Below, one piece after another: positions 1 to 12,445 of a DNA stretch of 64,000 bases. Below the pieces are notes generated by a model. The model searched no databases and was not told where the DNA came from. It saw only the letters and a program-made list of their open reading frames with translations. This stretch comes from Lama glama (taxonomy: Eukaryota), in assembly GCA_028534125.1 (NCBI GenBank), contig CM052818.1:12712001-12776000 (forward strand). The letters run 5' to 3'. The stretch's first letter is position 1; each line of letters starts with the position of its first letter. Both the position numbers and the translations under genes were made by a program.

Positions 1-2084
1 ATCTGTATTCTATAAGAAATTTTAATTTCAATTCAGCCTACTCTTATAATCTGTGGATTATGAATTACTTTTTGGAGTGGATGCACATCTGTGCACGTTC
101 TTCCTCATAATATAAAATGATGTGGAAAAATGCATCATGAACTACCAAAGTGACCCCAGAAGCCACATATGGTAGTGATGAGTAACTACAATAAAGTGAA
201 TATATCTTCTGTATGTCATATTTTTTTCCTAAAAGCTTAAGATCAGAAAACTTCTTTACATTACAGTGAATACACGGTAATTAAGAAGCTTAAGAAAATG
301 TGAATAAAAGATATATGATCCTGTAGTGTCAATATAAAGGGATATCTTGAGTTGTACAGATTTAAAGATGGAGCTAAGATATATGCATCATACGAAAATT
401 ACCTATAATAAATACAAGTCTAGATGAAATAACAGTGGACTGTTGAAAACTAGATTTCATAATTGCTTTTACATTCTTGCTCCACAAGGAGGAAATTTTT
501 GATTAAGAATCAAAGAGTATTATCTTCTAAATTATTGCTCGATTTTTATATCATGGGGCATAGGTCAGAGAAATTTTATCTTTATGACTTTATAAAAGTG
601 TAAGATTTCCAAATCATTAATGGAACATTCATTTGTCCTGTGATGAAATTTTAGGACTTGGATATCTCTGTATATATAACACAGAATTTCTAAAACAAAG
701 ATCTGAAATTAACTTACTTAAATATAATTTTGTAGGAATGCATACATTTTCAATAATTCGATAATTGCCACCTTTTTAAAAGCTGCTTTCAAAGTTATGG
801 TTAAAGCACAACTATTTTACGAAACCAACATCATACCTGGACTCATAATATAATTTTTTAGTCTGAAGACTTACTGAGAATGAACTCAAGAAAGTAGGCT
901 CAGAATGTTGTGTTGGCGCCAGAGTGGGCATAGGAGAGACGCAGGGCACTTGGGACAAAGGGCTGTATTTGGTGGTGATGACAGTGATGGGGAACACGGT
1001 GGAGGGGGCCGGGGCAGCTCCTTTCCCATTAATGACATCATTTTGAAGCAGCAAGTGCCATTTTCAGTGAATTAGTATCATCGCTCCAAGTAATCAATTA
1101 AGAAAAATTACAGCTATTTTTTCTCACACCCTTGAAGGGAAAACCATTGGGATGTTCCCATTATTTTCAACAGATGATCAATATATGAAGAAAAATGTAG
1201 TATATTCTGGCAAAATGTTAAGGAACTAGGAGGTAAGGCTGTTTATTTCTAGGTTGGAGGATGAAGGGGCCCATGGAAGGAAATTAATGTAAAAGGTTTC
1301 AATAGATACGGTTCATACAGCTTGACGAATTTGAAAACTGTTTTACATTGAATAAACAATATCAAATATTTTATATCCATGCTAAATAAAAGGCACACTT
1401 CCTCTTTTACCATTTTTAAAAGGCACAAGATTTTAAATGATCCATTAGAAAAAACAGATATATAAGGACAACAACAACAAAAAATGTAAAACTGTGACAT
1501 TTTCCTTGAGTTTTGATGACCTTACCTTTCCTCACCTTTGTATTCCCTGCAAGGGATTCCCTTCCAGCTCCTAAACAGGACCCTGAGTCCCACCTGAGGC
1601 TTTCCACAGTAGCTGTCAGAAGAGCTTTGGAAGAAGGCATTTCTATTCTAGAACATGGACATTTTCTCCCTCCCAGCTGATTTACATTTTCAACTTTCTC
1701 TATCTTCACAGGCTTTGCTTCTTATAGGAGAAATTTCAAGGGTAGAAGACCTTGCCAGAGTCCAGATGCAACAGTAGCAGCCGTATTTCCCCACTGCATA
1801 GACTAGCGCTTCCCAAAGAGGTGTACCTCAGTCACAGTACAGTCAATTTATGCCCCCCCCACATATGTCTTACACCACTACTTCTAGTTTCATTTTATTT
1901 AAATACTTTCTGCAATTTTAATTTCTCAAGTACTTCATAAAATGAACCAAATGAATCTGAACTATCTTGCTGTAGAAGAGTCTAATATAATTACTAGACT
2001 GTGAACACAAGAGTTAACCTAACTTGGGCTCAAATCCTGCCTCCTTTGGGCAGTTATTATCTATGCCATCTTTTAAAAATAATT

Positions 2085-2265
2085 TGGCCACCTTTCTCTC
2101 TCCCTCCTCTTTGGAGATGGCCAACACTGTCTGTGGAGTATGTACCTACTTTTACTCTAATCTGAGCACCCAACCCTCACACCTCGTGGCCTTTCCTCTT
2201 ACCTTTTGAATCAGCCTACACACTATGCAGTATTTATCTCTCTATATAAATCTGCCTTTACTCAA
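2085..2265 (+). mobile_element. Possible ERV LTR 3' fragment
   Basis: LTR R/U5-like sequence ending in 'tctctctatataaatctgcctttactcaa'; family not assigned. Confidence 0.35.
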
Positions 2266-2401
2266 TTCCTCCTCCTGGTTTAAAGGCAGTATGAAAATTC
2301 GTTAAGACTGAATATAGATATTACTATAATCAACTACATACTTGAGACAATTTGAGACATTTAATTATTAGCACTCTCGTCTTAGAGAAGAGAAATTCAT
2401 T

Positions 2402-2656
2402 TGTGGTATGCAGAATGACTCTCACAAAGATGCCCATATCTTAATTCCTGGAACACGTGAATGAACATGTTATGTTATACAGCAAAAGGGAATCGGGTTT
2501 GCAGGTAGAATTAAGGGTGTAACCAACTAACTTTAAGTCAAAAACGTTACCCTAGAATATGTCGATATGCCCAAGGTAATCACAATGATTCTTATAAACA
2601 GAAGAAGGAGGCAGAAAAAGAGAATTAGTCAAAGAGATGTGATGACAGAAACAGGA
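2402..2656 (+). mobile_element. MaLR LTR (MLT1D/E-like), 5' part
   Basis: Starts tgtggtatgcagaat...aaagatgcccatatcttaattcctggaac, then 'gtaatcacaatgattcttataa', as in the MLT1 5' end. Confidence 0.8.
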
Positions 2657-2894
2657 AACAGTTAACCATTTGGCATACAGTCTGTTGTTCTAGTTCTTTC
2701 CTGAGGCCTGATAGTATCTCTCTTTTTTTTAGTTTGTAATATATTGTTATATTTCTACAGTAAATTCCCCAAACTCACCTTCTTTTGCTTCAGAGAGTTC
2801 AAGTAGAGTTCTGTTATATGATTCTGAGTAAGTCTGAACTTTTAACACGACCTAGAGAAAAAATAAGAACATAAATGTGTAAATCACTTGGGAG

Positions 2895-3775
2895 GAAAAC
2901 ATTTAGAAAAAATATACCTGACAAAGAACTTGAATCACAAATATACAAAGTACTCCTACAACAATAATAAAAAAAAATTAAAATGGGAAAGAATTAAATA
3001 GACATTTCAAAAGAAGACACATGAATAGTTAAGAAACACATAAAGATGCATAATATCTTTAGTTATCAGGGAAATGCTAATTAAACCACAGTGTGATACC
3101 AGTACACACCAGAAAGAAACACTAAATTTAAAATGACTGCCAGTTAGATATTTTGGCAAAAATGTGCAGCAGTTGGAACTCTGATATAATGATGACAAGA
3201 ATATAAAAACAGTAAAACCACTTTGGCAAGATGTTTAGCAGTTTCTTGTCATCTTAAATATACACTTACAATATGACCCAAAAACTCCACACTCAAGAAA
3301 AATAAAAATTGTCCATAAAGACAAACAAACAAACTTACATCTGAATGTCTATTGAGGCTGTTCATAATAGCCCCAAGATGGATATAACTCAAATGCTCAT
3401 CAAAAGGAGAATGGATACTAAAAATTGAGTTATATTCTAAAAATAGAATAGTATCCAAAAATAAAAAGGGAAGGATTAGTGTTATATGACATAATATAGA
3501 TGAATATCAAATTTATGCTGAGCAAAAGCAGACAAACAAAAAAGAGTATATATTGTATGATTCCATTTTTATGAAGTTCTGGAACAGGCAAATCTAATCC
3601 ATGGTGAAAAAAAATCCAGAACAACAGCAGCCTCAGGGGTAAGGGATTTGTGTGTGTGTGTGCGGTAATGAAAACGCTCTATCTTCATTAATAGTTTGCG
3701 TTACATGGGCGCTACTTGTCGAGCTCGCTGTTTTGTACACTTAAAATTTCAGACCACTATACAAATACCACACCT
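2895..3775 (+). mobile_element. Old L1 (L1MD/ME-like), ORF2 end plus 3'UTR
   Basis: Diagnostic L1 motifs 'atagacatttcaaaagaagac', 'atcagggaaatgctaattaaaccaca', 'tgtatgattccatttttatgaagttctggaacaggcaaa'. Confidence 0.85.
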
Positions 3776-3887
3776 CAAGAACACAAAGGACTGAAAGGAA
3801 GTGAACTCTCTTTCTATATATAACCAACAATTTTTTTTCTCATAAAATGGGAATTTGAGTAACCATTAAAAAATGTTCCTACTCTTG

Positions 3888-3890
<3 letters not shown>

Positions 3891-3933
<43 letters not shown>
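3891..3933. repeat. (TG)21 microsatellite
   Basis: Perfect dinucleotide run. Confidence 0.98.
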
Positions 3934-3934
<1 letters not shown>

Positions 3935-4492
3935 GTTCTAAGGAACACAGTTGTTTAGAACATATATCCAACCAGAAAAATTTGCTATGTAATTGTGAAT
4001 GTTTGAACACACATGAAATGTTTTTTGCAATTTGGGAAGAAAATGTAGGGAATTGGGTAGCTCTGCAGCTGCTACTGTCCACAGTTACAAAGAAGCCCCC
4101 AAGTCAGCATTTTTAAAATCTCCTTAGCTGATTCTAACAGACAACTAACTCGGAAACCACTGATTTTTTTTCACCACATTTAAAATAAACTGAAGGAGAT
4201 AAGCTCTTGAAGTGTATAACTTTTGACAAAAACGTTTGACAAGAATAGAAAAGCAATACATTTAGTTTTAGAGAATTCCAGGGGATAAGAGCGATGACTT
4301 GGGTACTAATTCATAAGGGTCATATTACAGCCATTTAAAAAACTTCAATTGCTTGGAATGGGCTCACATACGTTATATATTAGACATATAAGTCTTCCCT
4401 TAGATGTCTTATTCCATACCTTATAAGTAAAGTAAGAGAGCTGTAGGGCCATTTGACCATGGAACTAAGCCCTGTCTCTAAGAGGGTGATAC

Positions 4493-5558
4493 TAGAGATT
4501 GAATCAAGATGGCAGAGTAGTAGGCCCAAGAACTCACCTCTCCTTGCAACTACAACAAAACCACAACCGACTTCTGAACAGCCATCGAGAAAATAGACTG
4601 GAGTCTAGCAAAAAGTATCTGCTTCAACTGGAAACATTGAGACAGAACCACAACAGGAAGGTAGGAGGGGTGGGCTCACAATATAGTCGGGCCCCATGCC
4701 CTCTGGGTGGGCAACCTAAAAGCTGAAGAACAATTAAGTCACAGAGGCGCTCCCACAGGAGTGAGAGTTCTGAGCCCCACGTCAGGCTCCCCAGACCAGG
4801 GTTCCAGCAGTAGGGAGGAGGAGACCCCAGGACATCTGGTTTTGAAGGCAAGTGGGGCTTAACTTCAGGAGCCCCACAGGCCTGGGAGAGACAGAAACTT
4901 AACTCTCTTGGGAAGCGTGCACGGGATCTTGAGTGCACCAGGTCCAGGGGCAGAGACAGTGATTGCATAGGAACCTGGGCCAGACCTGCCTGCTGGTTTT
5001 GGAAGTTCTCCTGGGGAGTTAGGGGACTGCTGCAGCTCACACAAGGGACATAGAAGCTGGTGAAGGACATTCTGCGAGTGTTCATCTACATGAGCTTCCC
5101 TGGAGGCTGACAACTTGATTGGATTAATAACACCCAAGACCCAGCCCCACCCAACAGCCTGTAGGCTTAATAAGGGCTGGGAACCCTCAGGCCAAACAAC
5201 ATACAGGGTGGAAACACAGCCTCACCCATCAGCACACTTTCTGAGCTGCAAACGCCTCTAGGCAGGGCCTTACCCACCAGAGGTCCAGGCCAAGCTTCAT
5301 ACAGCAGTGGGCAGACACCAACCCCAGGAAACCTGCATAAGCCTCTAGCCCAGCCTCATCCACCAGAGGGCAGATACCAGAAGTAAGAAAAAAACAGCCC
5401 CAAGCCTGTGGAAGGAATCCAAAAGCACAGGCCAAATTCTACATTGGGACCAGCTCGACCCTGCCCTCGGGTGACAAGAGAGGAGTGTACTGCTGGGATG
5501 CACAGGACATCTACCACAGAGGGCCACTTCTCCAAGGTTGAGAATCATAACTAGCCCG
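4493..5558 (+). mobile_element. L1 5'UTR-only insertion flanked by a 16-bp direct repeat
   Basis: GC-rich; begins with YY1-type caagatggc (4505-4513); internal 'ccaccagagggcaga' units typical of laurasiatherian L1 5'UTRs; tctaagagggtgatac at 4477-4492 and 5559-5574. Confidence 0.85.
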
Positions 5559-5711
5559 TCTAAGAGGGTGATACCAGAAAATCAGCTGACATTTTGATCA
5601 TCCTTTCTATCCTTGATATATTTTTTCTATATTTTGCTTTTAATTCAGATAAAGATTTGGAATTACATCATCTAAAACATCAAATACAAATCATGTACAA
5701 AAGTTAGGTAC

Positions 5712-5825
5712 ACCAACCTCCCCGTTCTACTTTCTACTTTATGAGCTTGACTATTTTAGATTTCTCATAAGATAAGAATTGTTTTGTATTTATCTTTCTG
5801 TGTCTGACTCATTTTACTTAGCATA
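5712..5825 (-). mobile_element. L1 3'UTR fragment
   Basis: 'ttgactattttagatttctcata...tctttctgtgtctgactcattttacttagcata'. Confidence 0.6.
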
Positions 5826-6239
5826 CACTTCAATGTGGCAGAGAAATAACTTACAACTGCAAATTTTCTGAAGTGAATGCTCTAAGAAAAGGCAGGTCAG
5901 AAGAATATAGAGAGGATAACACCTTCCTAAAGTTCAGTCAAGTTGAGGAAAACATTAACACCATCTTAGCCAATAAAATCAAACCTCTGTAAGGGAATAA
6001 AGTGAAACATTATTACTCATGAGGGCACAAGTAAAAGGTGATTTTTACGCTTTCCACTCCTAGAAATCTCCTACCCAAATCACTGCTCACTGAAGGAAGT
6101 CCACTGGATCTCAGGTCAAGGGTCAGAGAGTCCTTGGGGTTATCTACAGGCTGAGGTGGACCTTTTGGCCTCCGTGAGACCCCCCTCGCCAAGCACAGGC
6201 GAGCCTTGTTGTCTTCTCCAGCATGAGAACAAAGGCAGG

Positions 6240-6465
6240 TCAGAAATAAATGCAAAATAAAACATGGAATCAGGTACCAAGTGGACTTTCAACTACAAAC
6301 TGGCACTTGCCATCTACCTCTACAAGGGTTAAATCACAAGCCACCACAGCGGTTGGAAAGTAAGTTCTTTGTAGAGACTGTCACCATCTTATGCGTCACT
6401 GCCTCTCCTACACACTTTTAAAGAGATTCAGAGTGAGCACAGGACGGGGTACAACACAACCAGGA
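6240..6465 (+). mobile_element. Possible ERV LTR fragment (cetartiodactyl type)
   Basis: 'tggcacttgccatctacctctacaagggttaaatc' resembles a lineage LTR U3 as I recall it. Confidence 0.35.
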
Positions 6466-6474
6466 AAGAGGCAC

Positions 6475-6899
6475 TGTGATTGTTAATTTTTTGTGTCAAC
6501 TTGGCTAGGCCACAGGGACAGATATTTAATCAAGCATTATCCTGGATAATTCCGCAAGGGTGATTTGGATAAGAGTTACATTAAAATTCGTAGGCTTTGA
6601 GTAAAGCAGATTGCTCTCCACAATGTGGGTAGCCAGTCAAAGGCCTGAATAGAACAAAAGACTGTACCTCCCCCTCAGTGAGAAGCAAGAAGGAATTCTG
6701 CAGCTTGATGGCCTCTGGACTTAAACTGCAACTGCTCTCGACTGGATCTCCAGCCTGCTCGCCTAGCCTACAGATTTTGGACTTGCTAGCCTCTGTAACT
6801 GTGTGAGCTAATTCCTTTAAAATAAATCACTTTTTATACATCTATATTTATATCTACACATCCTATTGGTTCTGTTTCTGGATAACCCTGACTTATACA
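6475..6899 (+). mobile_element. ERVL solo LTR (MLT2-like), complete
   Basis: TG...CA ends: tgtgattgttaattttttgtgtcaacttggctaggcc ... cctattggttctgtttctggataaccctgacttataca; flanks ggcac/agcag may be a decayed 5-bp TSD. Confidence 0.9.
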
Positions 6900-7203
6900 A
6901 GCAGTATCTGAAAGACAGCTTCAGGGTTAAAGGTCCTGTTATCTGCAATTATTGAGACATTAGATAATCAACCTAATTCACAGGACGACAAAGATCCTGT
7001 TGAAATAAGAACAAGATATCTATTTTGAGATCATAATAAACTGCTACAGAGTTGGTGAAAAGAAAAAAATCATCTAGCCTCCTTTATTTTAGAAAGGCGA
7101 TTCCTTTTATGACAGTGTTTCATATGCTGCACTTAAAAGATGAATAACAAATGGTGATGAATAACAAACTTTCCATGGAGGTACCCTGACTGGTAACCAA
7201 ATC

Positions 7204-7398
7204 CAGAGTTTCTCAACCCCACTACTATTGACGTTTTGGAGCAGACAATTCTTTGTTGTGGGTACCGCTCCCGTGCATTATAGAACGTTTAGCAGCATCC
7301 CTTGCTCCTTCCCATTAGATCCTAGTAGCATTGCCAAATTGTGATGATCAAAAATGGGTTCAGATATTGCCAAATCACCTTTGCCTGAGAGCAACTGG
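7204..7398. mobile_element. MER20-like hAT-Charlie DNA transposon
   Basis: cagagtttctcaacc...actattgacgttttggagcagacaattctttgttgtggg...tttagcagcatccct...gagagcaactg. Confidence 0.8.
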
Positions 7399-7411
7399 CC
7401 TAGACCAAAGC

Positions 7412-7889
7412 TGCTATTTCAGTTGGCTCAGGTTTCCATAAAAAAATACTATAGTGGCTTAAACCACAAAAGTTTACACTCTTATAGTTCTGGAGGCTTG
7501 AAGTCCTAGATCAGGATGCCAGGCCAGCATGGTCAGTTTCTAGTTGTTCTCACATGATAAGAGAGAGAGAGAGAAAGAGACAGTGGGGCAGAGAGAGAGA
7601 GAGAGAGAGGGAAAGATGAAGAAGGCGGAGGGGGAGGAGAAAAAAGAGAAAAAGAGAGAGAGAGAAAAAAAAGAGAGAGAGAAAGAATATGAGAGAACAA
7701 ATGTTCTTTGGTGTCTCTTGTAATAAAGGGCAATGATCACACCATGAAGCCTACTCTCAGGACATCTTCTCAACCTCTCAACCTTCTTACCTCCCAAAGC
7801 CCCCATCTTCAAGTACTCATATTATCACATTGGGTGTGACAGCTTCAATATATAAATATGAGGGGACACAACTCAGTCCATACATAGCA
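7412..7889 (-). mobile_element. MaLR LTR (MLT1A-like) with internal GA expansion
   Basis: 'ggcttaaaccacaaaagttta...agttctggaggcttgaagtcctagatcagg' and 'gcttcaatatataaatatgaggggacacaactcagtccata'. Confidence 0.75.
7560..7697. repeat. (GA)n / purine-rich low-complexity tract
   Basis: Nearly all-purine strand with several GA runs. Confidence 0.9.
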
Positions 7890-8329
7890 GCTGCCCTTCG
7901 AAAAGTCTGAAAGTATTTGAAACCTCGTATTTCAGGCCAAGTTTAGATTAAAATTCTTACTATGTCAGTGTTTCTAAAATAAAAGTAGTAAGGCTTCTTT
8001 GATAAAATCTTTGAGAAAAGAAAGATTTAAAAAAAAAGAGCCACCAATTTAACCTGGGGCTCCCTTCACAGAACTCCAGGAAGAGGAGTCCTAAGTTCTG
8101 GAATCACAAGGATAATGAGACTGAACTAAAGACCTAGATCTTACTGTGCACTTTGTACTCTTATCCTCTCCAGCATTAGTATCTGATAGAAGTGTCTTTG
8201 TAGAAAAAAACAGACTAGATGATTTCTAAAATTCCTTCTATTTCTTAAAAACTTGCATATCTGTGAATTCTAAAAGAAAAAATGGTTGAATAAACTTGGA
8301 ATGATTATTTCAAAAGGACCCTGTGAGTA

Positions 8330-8660
8330 TATAGTAGATAGTTTAATATATGTAAGAGGCTATCAAGAAAATGAGAGCTTATTTTTTCTGTGTACTTCCA
8401 GAAAGCAAAATTAGGACTAAGGAGTTCAGGTTACAGAGGGGTGAGGGACACAGATTTCAACTCAAGAAAAAAAAAAAAAACTTTCTTACATTCAAAGCTG
8501 CTAAAGTGGAATGAGATGTTTGATGAGGCAGTAAGTTCCAAGTCATTTAAAGTACCTGAGCTGATAAATCATTTTAGTGGATGCTGCAAGAAGGGATTTA
8601 TGTATTAGAAAAAGACTAGCTTGCTTTGGAGGTCTCATTCAGCCTTAAAATTATAATTCT
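8330..8660 (+). mobile_element. L3/CR1 3' fragment
   Basis: 'gaggcagtaagttccaagtcatttaaag...gggatttatgtattag...gactagcttgctttggaggtctcattcagcc' resembles the L3 3' end. Confidence 0.55.
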
Positions 8661-10177
8661 AAACAGATCCTTTGAAAAAATAATGCGAAAATAAAATTGT
8701 GGGGTTTTTTTCCAATTTGCTATACAAAAATAAGCAAAGAAAAGAAAAACACTAAGTGGCAAATATGGCAATTGTTCTCAACTAAAACATTGCCCTTGGT
8801 AAAGTACGATTCTATCTGTGATGTACTTGCAAGGAAGTGAGGTCAACAATCAGGGTCACTTGTTGGAATCCTTCCCACATGACTTTAGGCCAAAAGTCAC
8901 AGTGGGGAGCTTTTGAGTCCTTCCTCTCTTCTGCCTCTGAACACTTGCCTGTTCTATGCCCACGGAGAAGAGAGCTACCATCAGAGTCACAGAGTGAGAA
9001 AGGTGACTCCAGCGACATCAGTTCTGAACTTACTATTTCACAAATGAACAATCAGGGAAGTTTAACAGGTTCATCTGATCCCGAGATAATCAGGTCAAAT
9101 GCAAACTCCTTTACCTGCTCAGCCATTCACCAACTTGAGACACAAACTGCACCATTTCTAAGTGTCTGCAAACTTTTTAGTAAACTCTGGTTAATTTTTT
9201 AATGTGGAAGTGTTTTAGGACTAATTAATTATACACAGGGAATTCCTTAGTTGTTTTCACATCAAGATTGGCATGATACTGCTTTGAGACCTCTGGGAGG
9301 TTATCAATATCAAATGTAGATGAAGCATCTTCTTTCCCTGTCTTAAGATACAGTCCAGTGACTGAAAAGATGTAGGACTTCAGTTGAATTTGAAAGTCAG
9401 AGTAAAAATGAGAATGCCTAGAAAAAAGACTAGCTCAGGGCAATATCTTATAATAGGGCAGACTTATCTTAACAGTTTTTTCTTCACCTCTCGTATTCAC
9501 TCAACAAATGTCTATTGACTGTAGACTACATACAAGGTCCAGTGCTCCCAGTATTCGGAATCTAATTCTCCTGCCTCTCTCCTCCTTTCCAAGGATAAGG
9601 ACCTTATGCCTGCCTTGAAGCCCTATTGTTTAGGAAATTCCTCACATCAAAAGAATTAACATAGCTACTTACAGGTTTGGCTTTTTCTTAAAGGACTCTT
9701 CTAAAAGAAACCAAAGGAACAATGTTTTAGTTTGTACCACCTGGACTGGGAAACTGCATTAGGTAGAGAGGGCATAGGTGTCCTGTAAGCCTCCTGCAAA
9801 TGATGGCAACAAACACGCTGACTTATTCTATGTAAGTTGGATTTGTACAATTCTTTCCAAAGGGTTTTAAGAAAAACTATTTTAATGAATTTTTATTGAA
9901 AGACTGAATAAATGAATAAAGAAAAACAAATAAAAACCATATAGCTGCTTCAGCAATAACTTTTTTACAAGCCACCATTTACATTTCACAAGCCACAATG
10001 CCTCCGTCATCTTGTCAATCATGCCCAGACATTACCGGAGTGACTGACTAGGTGCCCTCCTGAGTTTTCTCTAAATTGAAGTACAAAATTACGAGAGCTC
10101 CCCAAATATTGGGCATTTGTATGCAGGTAAGACTATGAACCCGACAAAGAAATCTATAGGGAGGAAGAATAACTTAC

Positions 10178-10253
10178 TTTCAAGGGAATTCAGATGCAAT
10201 ATTGTATTTTTCTGGAATACTTGAGGAGCAGATGGTGAAGGATATATTTAAGT
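10178..10253 (-). other. Candidate non-coding exon (76 nt) or pseudo-exon
   Basis: Acceptor ttgctttttctatag|ac and donor gaaa|gtaagt; stop codons in all three frames. Confidence 0.25.
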
Positions 10254-12039
10254 CTATAGAAAAAGCAAGTGCATCTATCAAGGGAAACCAGCTACCAGCA
10301 TGTAAAATGTGTTGCCCTTTTATTTTTAGTGTGAACTATAATGTAATTCCCTGAAATAGCAGTGCTGCTGTCATAAATATCCTGTAATTATGGGGTTTTC
10401 TCAGTGTGTGACCAGAGAAATCTGCATGGATAGCTAGAAATAATCAAGGGATGCTTGCTGCTTTTGAAGGTTCTTTGCCATTAGAAAAAAAATAATAAAT
10501 AAATAAAAGAAAAAGAAAGAACAAAATAAGCTAAAGTCAAATGGTACTAAAGCCATGTATTATGGAAGAGATACAGTTTATATTCACATAAAATTTGAGA
10601 AAATAAATGCATGAAGGTTGCAAGGCCTAAAAGGATGAAAGAAACATTAGCTAAAAGATTCCACTTTGAAATTGTGAAAGGCAGGCAGACAACTCCTTTA
10701 TGCATCACTGACTGGGGCTAAGAAGCTTTTCAGCCCCTTCAATAATTATTCTTAGTATATGATTTCACTGACTCTCTCATTATTGTAAATGTCCTTGGTG
10801 GTTGTTACATACAAGCTTACTGAGAATGGAAGTGTAAATTACTACTATATTAAAATGAACTATGATATGTCACTTACTTTCAGTTTTACTGGTAGTATAG
10901 GTTGCAACAGCAGGTAATACCTACTTTAATCCGGAATATAAATTCTGTTTGAAAAACATTTATTAGATTTTTAAGCAATCAATATCTTGAAATGTACATC
11001 CTTACAAAAATAAATTAGAAAACAGATCTACTAAGTTTCATGTAGATTCCACTAGTAGAAGATACCGTCTTGACCTCAAACAGAATACAGCCTGGACTAA
11101 ATCAGCTTTAACAAATTCTGGCATACCATCAAGAATACCGATACAGTGGTAGAACAGTGCAGGGAAGCTCTTTTCTATGTTATTTTCCAACAAATAGTGC
11201 AATCCATAGAGAACTAGAATTCTTAGTATCCTGATACTGAAAAGGAGTCTTTTTCTAATTTCCTAAGTGAACAGTTTTCTATTCCCATTAAATGTGTGCC
11301 TTAAAACCTATGCAGAAAAATGGCTTAAAGATAAAAGATTATCATGAGTTATTTCATCAGAACTTGCGTTCATAATGTTCTTGTGTTTTACTGTTTGATA
11401 TCCATAACGTGATACATTTAAAAGGGATGTTTTTACCATGACAAAAGGTCTTTCTTTTAATATTAAACTGAAGTGTCACAAATGACTTCAACTTAATGTT
11501 TTATTCCAAAATAATTCCATACAAATTTTTAAAAACTGAAAGAAAGTCCCTATTTTTTTAACCATAATCTTGGACATTTTAAATGGAATTCAGGATAAAA
11601 GAAGATAAATAGAGCTTTTCTCTGGGAGATGGGTGGGTCTGAGAAAACAAAATCACAAGTAAATCTAAGAAGGAAATAAAAAGAGTTCGCCTAATCTATA
11701 CCTTTTCATTTAATAAATCATCTTAAATGAACTCAATATTCATTATGCTTCCTTAATGTCCCTCAAGAACTCATTTCAATACATTAAAACCCATACAGAT
11801 AGTTTCATGGCAGGAAGGGAGATTTCTCTTCTTGAGCTTTCATTTTCTCTAAATGGCTAATTTACAAATGGTCATGCCTTCAACGGTTTTTTTTTTTTTT
11901 TTGTCCAATATGATGTCAACCACATTCTGAATGACAGGAGAAGAGAGGGGAATAAAAGAAAAGTTCCTGGTGGGTATGGAGCTTGGATTTTTATTGGGAA
12001 ATTCAAGCCACTTAATATAGCATTAGATACAGACATATA

Positions 12040-12445
12040 TAATGAAGAAAATAAAATAGGATAATAGGTAGAGGGTGGGATGGCGTAGGGGTAGGGGAGT
12101 TGTTAAACATGTGGTTAGGAAAGGTCTTCTAAGAAAGTAACATTTAGGCACAGACCAGAAAGAAGACAAGGAGCAAAAATCTCCTTTATAAAGAGCTTAA
12201 GGAGACGTATCAAGAGGCAAAGCTCTAAGTTGAAAAGACTTTGTTTTCTAACGAGCCAAGAGGCTGGTGAGGCTGGAGCTGTATAAGCAATGAAAGTGGA
12301 GGCGTTTATGAGAGAGGCTGGCAGGACCAGATCTTGCGGGGCTTGGTAAGGTAGCCTGTGATGTGAAGGTTTTATTTTAAATTCCATAGACATTTATTAG
12401 AGGACTTTAATACATCTCTCTGGCTGCTGTGAGGAGAGGATATTT
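12040..12445 (-). mobile_element. L2 fragment
   Basis: 'ggttaggaaaggtcttctaagaaagtaacatttagg', 'aagaggctggtgaggctggagc', 'atctctctggctgctgtgaggaga'. Confidence 0.75.

Noticed and set aside
3879..4116. ORFs with HT/CV repeats (also 52135-52409)
   Set aside because: They are translations of (TG)n microsatellites.
8812..9202. Overlapping 121-aa and 79-aa ORFs
   Set aside because: No recognisable homology and no convincing flanking splice-site pair.
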